Shown: positions 1 to 7,373, counted from the first letter of the stretch. The stretch is DNA of 16,324 nucleotides from Stenomitos sp. (GCA_041744955.1 JBGTJW010000684.1:1-16324), one strand, 5' to 3'. Translations and numbers: made by a program. Notes: a model not told the origin generated them from the letters alone.

Positions 1-1
1 G

Positions 2-214
2 CCGTTTTACTTTTCCATTCCAGTCAACCCGATCGGCGTACCAGATTTACTCAATTCGATTTTTGGGCAAATCAACACTGCCCTCGGACAAGCGAGAAAT
101 GCTGAACAGGACAAGCGCGACAAAATTGAAGGGGTGCTGAGAAGCTTGCTGCTGCCAACGTTTGACGAAGCAGGCAGACGATCGCCAGACTCGTTTCCGC
201 CACCCAATCAGTAA
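2..214 (+). CDS. 3' end of an unidentified protein-coding gene (partial, continues left of the window)
   Basis: Frame 2 is open from the window edge for 70 codons to TAA at 212-214. The translation ...NSIFGQINTALGQARNAEQDKRDKIEGVLRSLLLPTFDEAG... looks protein-like. The overlapping minus-strand track ORFs (7..207, 47..376) are R/S/W-rich, as antisense frames usually are. No family recognised. Confidence 0.4.
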   Translation, partial: PFYFSIPVNPIGVPDLLNSIFGQINTALGQARNAEQDKRDKIEGVLRSLLLPTFDEAGRRSPDSFPPPNQ

Positions 215-404
215 GCCGCCGCCAATGCTGTCTCTGAGAACGCGCTGAGTGCGGGCTGAGAGCCTTAGCGGTATAAATTCAGGTAACTTCCTGCTGGGCT
301 TCAGAGAGGTTTCAGTGCTAGCTGCGATGCTGTGAACAGTGAATCGATCGCGGTTCCTCCAAAACGCCACAAGCACTAGCTGAATCTCTAATTAGGAGTG
401 ACTC

Positions 405-782
405 ATGAAATTAGCTTCTCTACTCACAGGCATGGCAATGGTTGGCTTGGTTACCGTTGGTGATGCGTCTTTCAAAGCGTTCAATCTTTCAAGCATTGGG
501 GTTGCTCATGCCGCAGAAACGAAGCAAGCAGGACCCACTGCTAAAGAGAAAATTGCTCTGATCACTAAAAACAAAGGACAAATTGGCAGTGGCGACCAAC
601 TCCGTCGCTTTTTCTACGGCGAACTAGACCCAGTTGGTATTCAGGTGGGTGGTGGTGGTCATGTTGTGAACCTGTACAACAAAACCAACGATGTCACTTT
701 TTCCTACTGTTCTCACTTTGATGTCGTGGTTGCCGTGAAAAAAGGAAAAGTGACGCAGTTTCTAGCCAGCGAAGTGAAATAG
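405..782 (+). CDS. small secreted hypothetical protein
   Basis: ATG is preceded by AGGAG (taattAGGAGtgactcATG). N-terminal signal peptide MKLASLLTGMAMVGLVTVG...VAHA/AE. No domain recognised. Confidence 0.6.
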   Translation: MKLASLLTGMAMVGLVTVGDASFKAFNLSSIGVAHAAETKQAGPTAKEKIALITKNKGQIGSGDQLRRFFYGELDPVGIQVGGGGHVVNLYNKTNDVTFSYCSHFDVVVAVKKGKVTQFLASEVK

Positions 783-919
783 GTCACGTAATCCAAGTGC
801 TTAACCGAAGCGGAAGTGACGATCGATCACTTTTGTATGCGCGTCTTGACCTGCTGTAAGCTGATCGCGCACCCGCGCCTATTCATCCCACTCAACTACC
901 GATTAAGGATAAAACCATC

Positions 920-1192
920 ATGAAAGCAAAGATGTTGTGTCTTGTGGCTAGTCTGGCAATAGCGGGTCTAGCGGCTTGTTCCAGTCCCCCCGCTGCTAAT
1001 CAGGCATCACCCAGCAGCGCTCCTGCCGCTAGCACCAGTCCAGATGCGATGAAAGGCGATGCCATGAAAGGTGACGCAATGCAAGGCGATGCGATGAAGG
1101 GTGACGCGATGAAAAAGGATGCTACTACGAAGGGTGACGCGATGAAGAAAGATGGTGACGCGATGAAGAAAGACGCACCGACAAAGCCATAG
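920..1192 (+). CDS. Met-rich MXKDX-type pentapeptide-repeat lipoprotein
   Basis: Signal peptide with lipobox (LAIAGLAAC/SS). The mature part carries seven [GP]DAM[KQ] units (PDAMK GDAMK GDAMQ GDAMK GDAMKK ... GDAMKK ... GDAMKK), giving 7 Met in roughly 70 mature residues. Confidence 0.8.
   Translation: MKAKMLCLVASLAIAGLAACSSPPAANQASPSSAPAASTSPDAMKGDAMKGDAMQGDAMKGDAMKKDATTKGDAMKKDGDAMKKDAPTKP
1040..1174 (+). repeat. in-frame degenerate 15-bp tandem repeat encoding the GDAMK units
   Basis: Successive units ccagatgcgatgaaa / ggcgatgccatgaaa / ggtgacgcaatgcaa / ggcgatgcgatgaag / ggtgacgcgatgaaa..., followed by two longer ggtgacgcgatgaagaaa units. Read directly from the sequence. Confidence 0.8.
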
Positions 1193-1362
1193 TCGATCGC
1201 GTCGTTGGGGTACACAACAGGTAATCAGTCTGTGCCCCGACTTAGTGCTTGGTTTCATGCCAATCAACTTGACTTTAGAGTGCGGCAGGGAGCATTGCTT
1301 GGACGTTCAGGAGCCAAGAGCCAGCAGTCGAGACCTTCTTATCACCGTTTGGAAGGATAGCA

Positions 1363-1989
1363 ATGGAAAAACTTTCGCAGAGCAAACGACGGCTGCTGCT
1401 CTATCTTGGTTTAGGAGTAGCAGGCGCAGGCGCAGCAACGGTCTTCGGCGCTGTTTCCCAAAAGGTAATCCCATCTGCATCGATCACCACCATTGATCCG
1501 TTACCTGCAAATAGTGCTGCGCCTCAAGCCGTCACGAAAAATAGTGCGATCGCTGCTAGTAAGGAACTACCAGACTTTCAGGGCATTGGTCAGTGGTTGA
1601 ATTCGGCTCCACTCACTGTGCGTGACCTTAAAGGCAGCGTCGTTTTAGTACAGTTTTGGACGTTTTCTTGCATCAACTGCCAGCGTACATTGCCTTCGAT
1701 CGTGCGATGGCATCAGCAGTACGCCGCCCAGGGGCTAAAGGTGATCGGTATCCACACGCCAGAATTTGCTTTTGAGCGTGATGCTAACAACGTCAAACAG
1801 GCGTTGCAAAAGCATCAAATTACTTACCCTGTACCGATCGACAACGACTTCAAAACCTGGAAAGCCTACAGCAATGAGTATTGGCCGCATCTCTTTCTAG
1901 CCGATCGTCAAGGGTTACTGCGCTACGACCACATTGGCGAAGGTGCATACGACACAACTGAGCAAACGATCCGCAGACTTTTGGGCTAA
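1363..1989 (+). CDS. exported thioredoxin-fold thiol:disulfide oxidoreductase (TlpA/ResA/DipZ-C-terminal-like)
   Basis: GGAAGGA lies just upstream of the ATG. The N-terminus SKRRLLLYLGLGVAGAGAA is a Tat-like RR motif or a signal anchor. CxxC motif FWTFSCINCQRTLP is followed by GIHTPEFAFE, YPVPIDND and YWPHLFLADRQG, typical of extracytoplasmic redoxins. Confidence 0.85.
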   Translation: MEKLSQSKRRLLLYLGLGVAGAGAATVFGAVSQKVIPSASITTIDPLPANSAAPQAVTKNSAIAASKELPDFQGIGQWLNSAPLTVRDLKGSVVLVQFWTFSCINCQRTLPSIVRWHQQYAAQGLKVIGIHTPEFAFERDANNVKQALQKHQITYPVPIDNDFKTWKAYSNEYWPHLFLADRQGLLRYDHIGEGAYDTTEQTIRRLLG

Positions 1990-2128
1990 TTAAACCTTTT
2001 GAGTTTTGCCTGCTGCTAAAAGCGGATTGAACAAGTTCCTTCACGTCCATTGACCACAGGAAACCCTCTGCACGGCTGCGGTCGGTCTTCAACCTTACTC
2101 TCTCGTTCCTAAGCGTTGCTGTTCAACC

Positions 2129-2818
2129 ATGAATGTTTCACTTTCAGCAGGGCTTGCCTTCCTGGGTGGTGTATTGACGGTACTTTCGCCCTGTGTCTTG
2201 CCTCTTTTGCCTGTGTTGGTGGGACGATCGCTTCAGTCTCATAAAGCGGGTCCGATCGCTCTGGTAATGGGGCTGGTCAGTGGTTTTGCAGTGATGGGCA
2301 GTTTACTTGGCTTTACCGCAAGCTGGTTTACCGGACTCGCTAATGCTTTGCGCTATGGGGCGATCGCGATCCTGTTAGCCTTAGGGCTGCTGGCAGTCTT
2401 CCCCAACTGGAGCTATCGGCTCTTCAACTATCTTCCTCTTAGCCGTTGGACAAAAGAACCCATGCGTCCTGGTCTGGTTGGTGAATTTTGGTTGGGCACG
2501 CAACTGGGTCTACTATGGACTCCCTGCGCGGGTCCTGTACTGGGTGGCATTCTAGTGTTAGCAGCCGTGCAGCATGATGTCATCAATGCGTTTGGTCTAC
2601 TGGTTGCCTACGGGATGGGTGCGGCGTTGCCCCTGCTCACGATCGCGTATGGTGGACGAGCCTGTAGCCAACGCTTGCTTGCACTTCATAGCCATAGTGC
2701 TACCTTGAGACGGGTCGGTGGTGTGATGATTGTAGTAACGGCGATCGCCATTTTGCTCGGCTGGGATATTCAGGTTCAGCTTTGGCTCTCGCCATTGTTT
2801 CCCCCTTTACCGCTTTAA
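2129..2818 (+). CDS. ccdA: CcdA/DsbD-family transmembrane thiol-disulfide electron transporter
   Basis: Polytopic membrane protein with the two hallmark membrane-embedded Cys motifs LSPCVLPLLP and WTPCAGPVLG. Confidence 0.85.
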   Translation: MNVSLSAGLAFLGGVLTVLSPCVLPLLPVLVGRSLQSHKAGPIALVMGLVSGFAVMGSLLGFTASWFTGLANALRYGAIAILLALGLLAVFPNWSYRLFNYLPLSRWTKEPMRPGLVGEFWLGTQLGLLWTPCAGPVLGGILVLAAVQHDVINAFGLLVAYGMGAALPLLTIAYGGRACSQRLLALHSHSATLRRVGGVMIVVTAIAILLGWDIQVQLWLSPLFPPLPL

Positions 2819-2848
2819 GTACAACTTCGTCACAGGACAGCACCACCC

Positions 2849-3574
2849 ATGTCAACGTCCATAACGCTTCTTTCCCGCTCCTTACGCAGATTGTCTATTC
2901 TGTCTCTAGTAGCGCTTGCCCTTATTGGCGGTGCGTTCTATCTCAGGTTGTCTCGATCGAGTGCTGAAACGCCACTGTCTATTGTGCAGGGAGCGTTTCC
3001 TGATCCGGCAGTCAATCTGCCAGCGACCCAGGCAAAGGGAATGCAGACTGCGGTTTTGGCAGGTGGTTGCTTCTGGGGCGTAGAGGCAGTGTTTGAACAT
3101 CTCAATGGCGTTTCAGATGTGGTCTCTGGCTATGCGGGCGGCAGTGCAGAGACAGCAAATTATGGGCTGGTCAGCTTTGGGCAAACGGGTCATGCCGAGT
3201 CTGTGAAAGTGACGTACGATCCCGCAAAGATTTCCTACGGACAGTTGCTCAAAGTCTACTTTGCGGTGGCGCATGACCCGACGCAGGTCAATCGGCAGGG
3301 TCCTGATGCCGGGAAACAATACCGTTCAGCTATCTTTTTTGAGAATGATGAACAGAAGCGAGTCGCGCAGGCATATGTCGATCAACTCAACCAGGCAGGC
3401 ACCTTCCGCAAGCCGATCGCCACTCAGCTAGCGCCGTTGAACGGTTTTTATGCGGCTGAAGCAAACCATCAGGACTTCATCGATCGCAATCCAAACCATC
3501 CCTATGTCGTGATTCATGACTTGCCAAAGCTCAAACAGCTCAAGGAACAGTTTGTCGCTCTTTACAAAAACTAA
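2849..3574 (+). CDS. msrA: peptide-methionine (S)-S-oxide reductase MsrA with an N-terminal export/anchor segment
   Basis: Catalytic motif GGCFWGVEAVF, then GYAGG, TGHAESVKVTYDP, HDPTQVNRQGPDAGKQYRSAIFF. A roughly 50-residue N-terminal extension holds the hydrophobic stretch LSILSLVALALIGGAFYL. The protein has only one Cys. The gene starts 30 nt after ccdA. Confidence 0.93.
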   Translation: MSTSITLLSRSLRRLSILSLVALALIGGAFYLRLSRSSAETPLSIVQGAFPDPAVNLPATQAKGMQTAVLAGGCFWGVEAVFEHLNGVSDVVSGYAGGSAETANYGLVSFGQTGHAESVKVTYDPAKISYGQLLKVYFAVAHDPTQVNRQGPDAGKQYRSAIFFENDEQKRVAQAYVDQLNQAGTFRKPIATQLAPLNGFYAAEANHQDFIDRNPNHPYVVIHDLPKLKQLKEQFVALYKN

Positions 3575-3595
3575 GTCTTCATTGGTCGCAGCTTT

Positions 3596-4198
3596 ATGGA
3601 AGCCTCTGTCCCTGCTAAACGTCAACCTAAAACACCCAGTCAGGCGATCGCGGCAAAAGCCTTTCACTGGATCAATCTTCTTAGCCTGCTGTTGATGATC
3701 ACCAGTGGGCTACGCATTTATAACGCAAACCCTGTGTTTGGCGGACGAGCAGGCTGGCATTTTCCACCGTTCCTCGTGATTGGTAACGGGTTAGCAGAAG
3801 GGCGAGACTGGCACTTCGCTATCATGTGGGTGTATGCGCTCAACCTCCTCTGCTACGGGCTTTATATTCTCATCACACGGCGCTGGCAGCATCGCTTTGC
3901 TAACAGCAATGATCTAAAAGCAGTGCAGGTCAGCCAAAACGAAAAGCGCAAAAATTATGCTCTGCATCGGTTAGTTTATACCGCGATCGTGCCCCTTTTG
4001 CTGTTGGCGATCGCCAGCGGTTTAGCGATGTACAAACCCGCTCAACTATACTGGCTAGCGGCACTTTTTGGCGATTGGCAAACTCTCCGCACGGTTCACT
4101 TCATCACAGTACCGATCGTGCTTCTCTTTACCTTTGTCCACTCGTTTCTTGCCCTCAGAGTCGGCACTTTTCGCCTTATTAAATCGATGTTTGTCTAA
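3596..4198 (+). CDS. 4-TM b-type cytochrome (b561/PhsC/HydC-like), probable quinol-oxidising membrane partner
   Basis: Four hydrophobic helices carry conserved His (FHW, WHF, LHRL, VHF..VHS). The gene starts 21 nt after msrA and ends 4 nt before the molybdoenzyme gene. The family call rests on topology and His pattern only. Confidence 0.7.
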   Translation: MEASVPAKRQPKTPSQAIAAKAFHWINLLSLLLMITSGLRIYNANPVFGGRAGWHFPPFLVIGNGLAEGRDWHFAIMWVYALNLLCYGLYILITRRWQHRFANSNDLKAVQVSQNEKRKNYALHRLVYTAIVPLLLLAIASGLAMYKPAQLYWLAALFGDWQTLRTVHFITVPIVLLFTFVHSFLALRVGTFRLIKSMFV

Positions 4199-4202
4199 AA
4201 AT

Positions 4203-4919
4203 ATGAACCTGATCCTCCCTAAACGCACGTCTCGCCGTCGGTTACTGCAATGGTCTGGTCTGTCTGGAGCGGGGCTGTTGTTGAATGGCTGCGCGTCGTC
4301 GCTGTTTGCAGAGCAGGTAGGGCAGCTTTCTGAGCCGTTAAACCAGAGCGTTGAAGCACTGATGCTGTCACAAAAAGCGGTGCCAGAATTTCCTGCGAAT
4401 GCGATCGATCCAGCGGAAAAACTCATCATCAATTCCTTTGACTTTGTGCCTAAGCTTGATCCCACCCAGTTTCGTTTGACGATCGATGGTGAGGTTGAGC
4501 GACCCCTGCAACTAAGCCTCAACGATCTACAGAAATTGCCGCTTACCACCATGAATGTTCGCCATGTTTGCGTTGAAGGCTGGGCGGCGATTGTGCAGTG
4601 GAATGGTGTGCGCTTACAGGAACTAGCGCTGTTGGCGCAGCCCAAAGCCGATGTTCGCTACGTCTATTTCAAATCTGCCGATGGTTACTACGAAAGCTGG
4701 GATCTTGCTTCTGCGGTGCATCCCCAAACGCTGATGGCATACCAGCGCAACGGGCAGCCGCTCTCAGTTGCGAACGGTGCGCCGCTGCGTCTCGCCTCAC
4801 CCATCAAACTGGGCTACAAGTTAAGTAAATGGGTGACTCAAATCACCTTTTTGAGCCAGTTAACGCCAATGAAAGGCTACTGGGAAGACCAGGGCTATGA
4901 ATGGTTTGCTGGACTTTAG
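4203..4919 (+). CDS. Tat-exported SUOX-fold molybdopterin oxidoreductase (YedY/MsrP-like, short form)
   Basis: Start placed at ATG 4203 (MNLILPKRTSRRRLLQWSGLSGAGLLLNGC), which gives a twin-arginine motif and a possible lipobox LNGC. The track start at 4068 overlaps the cytochrome b gene in another frame. RHVCVEGWAAIVQWNGVRL matches the Mo-ligand Cys region of sulfite-oxidase-fold enzymes, and GAPLRLASPIKLGYKLSKW is also typical. Length 238 aa. Confidence 0.85.
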   Translation: MNLILPKRTSRRRLLQWSGLSGAGLLLNGCASSLFAEQVGQLSEPLNQSVEALMLSQKAVPEFPANAIDPAEKLIINSFDFVPKLDPTQFRLTIDGEVERPLQLSLNDLQKLPLTTMNVRHVCVEGWAAIVQWNGVRLQELALLAQPKADVRYVYFKSADGYYESWDLASAVHPQTLMAYQRNGQPLSVANGAPLRLASPIKLGYKLSKWVTQITFLSQLTPMKGYWEDQGYEWFAGL

Positions 4920-4994
4920 CGCGTGACTAAAACGATTTCTGAGCCGGATCTACAGACTATCTCAATGACGTTCACAGCAGGTTTGAGCAGTCAC

Positions 4995-5705
4995 TTAAAG
5001 CCTTTGTAAAAGGTTCAAGCCGTGGGTATCGGTGCCACAGGTGTTAAGTAGATTGAAGGTATCACTGAGTCGGTGGACTTGTCTGGTTTGCTCAGGGCTG
5101 GGCTGCCAGGGTTGAGAGTTGTTGTAGGCATAGTACGTTTCAACGCCATCAATGCCAAAACGAGCCACTTCGGGGATTAACACTTCGGGCGATCGCTTGT
5201 AACGTGCTGGATGTGCCAACACTGCCAAACCACCAGCAGCATGAATAGCGCTGATCACTCGTTCAGCCTTTGCGTCGTCTCCCATCGGTGCATGGCGCTG
5301 TAAATAAGGCTGCATAGAAGGGCTTTCTGGGTTAAACGCATAACCGAGGATATGTACTTCTATGTCTAGCAGTTGGGATGTGATTTCTACACCAACCCAA
5401 AGTTGAGGCAAGGCACGATCGCCCGCTGGCTCTAACGGCTGTTCATCGAGCCAACGCTGTACAAGGCGATAACCGTTAACCGAATGGTGGTCAGTGATGG
5501 CAAACCCTTGCAGCCCGATCGCGATCGCCTGCTGCACCAATAGCTCTGGCTGCAACTGTCCGTCAGAGTTTACCGTGTGCATATGAAAATTAAACGTTCT
5601 GGGGCAACTGCCAGCGTGAATCTGCTCAAACACGTGCCGCAGCGCTACAGCGTTCTGTGCAGCAGGGATGGACGAATGTGACGCTGGAGCCAGTTTGACA
5701 GACAT
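4995..5705 (-). CDS. PHP-domain metal-dependent phosphoesterase (TrpH/YciV-like)
   Basis: PHP metal-binding motifs FHMHTVNSDG and ITDHH, later VLAHP and GTDTHG. Start moved to ATG 5705 because GAGG sits 5 nt upstream; the track start is 5747. Confidence 0.8.
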   Translation of the reverse strand: MSVKLAPASHSSIPAAQNAVALRHVFEQIHAGSCPRTFNFHMHTVNSDGQLQPELLVQQAIAIGLQGFAITDHHSVNGYRLVQRWLDEQPLEPAGDRALPQLWVGVEITSQLLDIEVHILGYAFNPESPSMQPYLQRHAPMGDDAKAERVISAIHAAGGLAVLAHPARYKRSPEVLIPEVARFGIDGVETYYAYNNSQPWQPSPEQTRQVHRLSDTFNLLNTCGTDTHGLNLLQRL

Positions 5706-5909
5706 AGGTGCCTCAAAAAGAGATGGGCTTGTTTTGCTTACATACATATCTTAACTGCTGTCGATCGAGAGTTTGAGCGATCGGGTTGACCACAGACAGC
5801 CGCACAAAAATTAGCAGCAAAGAGAATTGCTGAATGGTTGCCTCGCCTGACAACTACTTAGCAGTCCTAGCTTTAGAAAGCGATGGGTACAGCCCAGTTT
5901 TGCAAATTT

Positions 5910-6024
5910 GCCCTCAGCCCCTAGCCCTTTCTCGCAAAACGAGAGAAGGAGAGCCGATTCAAAGCCCCTCTTCCGTTTCGTAGAGGGCTGAAAGCCTTGC
6001 GGCATCAAAGAAAAGGGTGAGGGC
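5910..6024. repeat. 115-bp palindromic intergenic element, possibly a copy of a dispersed cyanobacterial small repeat
   Basis: Outer inverted repeat GCCCTCA (5910-5916) / TGAGGGC (6018-6024). Next pair CCCTTT (5925-5930) / AAAGGG (6012-6017). Inner hairpin AGCCC(C)TCT-N10-AGAGGGCT (5963-5989). The spurious minus ORF reads ...SFCEKGLGAEG..., resembling the WEKGLG-type pseudo-peptides I recall from cyanobacterial repeat elements. Dispersal cannot be tested within one window. Confidence 0.3.
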
Positions 6025-6055
6025 TACAAAGGTAGAATGTACTCAAAGCGATCGA

Positions 6056-6970
6056 CTAAGCAGACGGTTCTCTTGTCGCAGGTTTCGCTGACGGCACACT
6101 CTTACGGTTCAATCCACCCAAAAACATCGGGACGAATTTTTCTATAAACGCTTGGGGATCGCGCTTCCATGCCCGTTGAGCGATGTCAATGCGGGTTAGC
6201 TGCAAGTCGGGTGCCAGCAAAGTTTGGGGCAACCGTTCCATCAAGTATTGGGGACGCTCCCAAACTGACATTGTGTTGGCAATGTCTAGCAGATTGGACA
6301 CGCGACGTAGTTCCGCTCCCAACGTGATATCCATACCGGATTCAAAGGCAGCTTGCTCGATCGCCGAGTACCGTTGCTTTGCCGTTTCTACCTTCTGACG
6401 ATTTTCTGGGCTTTGATCCGCTAGTTTCGCTAGCCAGCGGTTGCCCCAGCGCACGTGTCCTGCTTCTTCAGGAAAGATCCGCTCGATCGTCTCACGAATT
6501 TTGATGTTTTCTTCGGTTTGCGGTGCCTGCTTCAGCGCATAGATGTGCGCCGAGAAATACTCACAGCCGCGCTTTTCGGTGACGTTAATGGCTGCCAGGG
6601 TTGAAATCAGAAACCCATCCAGGTCATTGTCTGCGTCATGGAGTTCTGCATCCAGCAGGCGCTCAAATTCCTGAATGTAGGAGGAACCCGGCGGGGTGCC
6701 GACGCTGGAACCAAGGTCTACCAGTAAATCGGTGAGCCACATGGCATGACGGGCTTCATCAGAAATATGCCGCGACAAGTCTTTAATCAATTCAGGAGAT
6801 TTGCCATCAAGCTGCTCAATCAAATTGGTGAGATCTTTGCAGCTTCGTTGTTCGCTGTAGCGGTAGCGGTTGAGCGTGATGAGGTGAATTTCACGATCGC
6901 GCACAACCTGACCCAGAATCTCACGTGCGCCTAGAGCTTTACTAAGTTTGCGGGGGTAAGCAACAGTCAT
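6056..6970 (-). CDS. ferritin-like di-iron carboxylate domain protein (family not identified)
   Basis: Start set at ATG 6970; the track start 7078 is a TTG extension. Two ExxH motifs (SDEARHAMW and PEEAGHVRW) are each preceded by a Glu-bearing helix (YSEQ, TEKRGCEYF), which is the four-helix di-iron signature. Confidence 0.7.
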   Translation of the reverse strand: MTVAYPRKLSKALGAREILGQVVRDREIHLITLNRYRYSEQRSCKDLTNLIEQLDGKSPELIKDLSRHISDEARHAMWLTDLLVDLGSSVGTPPGSSYIQEFERLLDAELHDADNDLDGFLISTLAAINVTEKRGCEYFSAHIYALKQAPQTEENIKIRETIERIFPEEAGHVRWGNRWLAKLADQSPENRQKVETAKQRYSAIEQAAFESGMDITLGAELRRVSNLLDIANTMSVWERPQYLMERLPQTLLAPDLQLTRIDIAQRAWKRDPQAFIEKFVPMFLGGLNRKSVPSAKPATREPSA

Positions 6971-7074
6971 TGTTTTCTCTTGTTGGGTGTTCTTATCTGT
7001 TGAGTCGTTATTGACGATCGTAGTAATCGTGCCAAGCAGCTTCAATAAGCTGATGCTAAATCTGAAGCAACAGT

Positions 7075-7221
7075 TCAATGGGCAAAGGGTTTTGCTTCGC
7101 GCTGTAACAGTGCAACGAAGAGATTGTTCAACTGAGTGCTAACCGCTTTATGTGCCAGACCAAAATAGCTTTTACCTTCCTGGAAAGCCTGGTACGCCAG
7201 CTTTGTTAAAGTGTCAGGCAT
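7075..7221 (-). CDS. possible 48-aa small protein (MPDTLTKLAYQAFQEGKSYFGLAHKAVSTQLNNLFVALLQREAKPFAH)
   Basis: Open frame between the glnA terminator and the ferritin-like gene. The track version starts at TTG 7296 and the first ATG is at 7221. No SD and no recognised family. Confidence 0.25.
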   Translation of the reverse strand: MPDTLTKLAYQAFQEGKSYFGLAHKAVSTQLNNLFVALLQREAKPFAH

Positions 7222-7373
7222 TGGATGTAAGAAAATACGATCGACTGTAAACGATTGTAACGAATCCCTTCCGTAAATGCCGCAGAGGGTGAACAAATCT
7301 GCCTTTTGGTAGGAAGACGATCGCTGGATTTACATCCACCTAACGCATACAGACAACCCGTACGAGACCTGGA

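Noticed and set aside
7-376. Minus-strand track ORFs 7..207 (66 aa) and 47..376 (109 aa)
   Set aside because: R/S/W/G-rich, low-complexity translations typical of antisense frames. The plus-strand frame ending at 214 looks more protein-like, and no RBS or domain supports the minus ORFs.
814-834. Short hairpin AAGTGA-cgatcga-TCACTT followed by TTG after the 405..782 gene
   Set aside because: The stem is only 6 bp and AT-rich, and the T-tail is very short. This is too weak to annotate as a terminator.
1207-1238. Hairpin GGGG(TA)CACA-N14-TGTGCCCC after the lipoprotein gene, considered as a terminator
   Set aside because: The stem is real, but it is followed by GACTTAGTG rather than a U-tract, so I cannot call it an intrinsic terminator. 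It may still act as a partial attenuator or processing site.
1000-1267. Minus-strand ORFs 1000..1215 and 1007..1267, plus the plus-strand ORF 1245..1496
   Set aside because: The first two are antisense readings of the GDAMK repeat array (repetitive FIASP / HRVT strings). The third overlaps the well-supported Trx-like gene in another frame.
4055-4645. 196-aa minus ORF, and the N-terminal extension (4068..4202) of the Mo-enzyme ORF
   Set aside because: The minus ORF is antisense to the motif-rich Mo-enzyme gene. The extension overlaps the cytochrome b gene, and the Tat signal begins at the ATG at 4203.
5811-6008. 65-aa minus ORF
   Set aside because: It is a translation through the palindromic intergenic element, with no RBS and low-complexity sequence.
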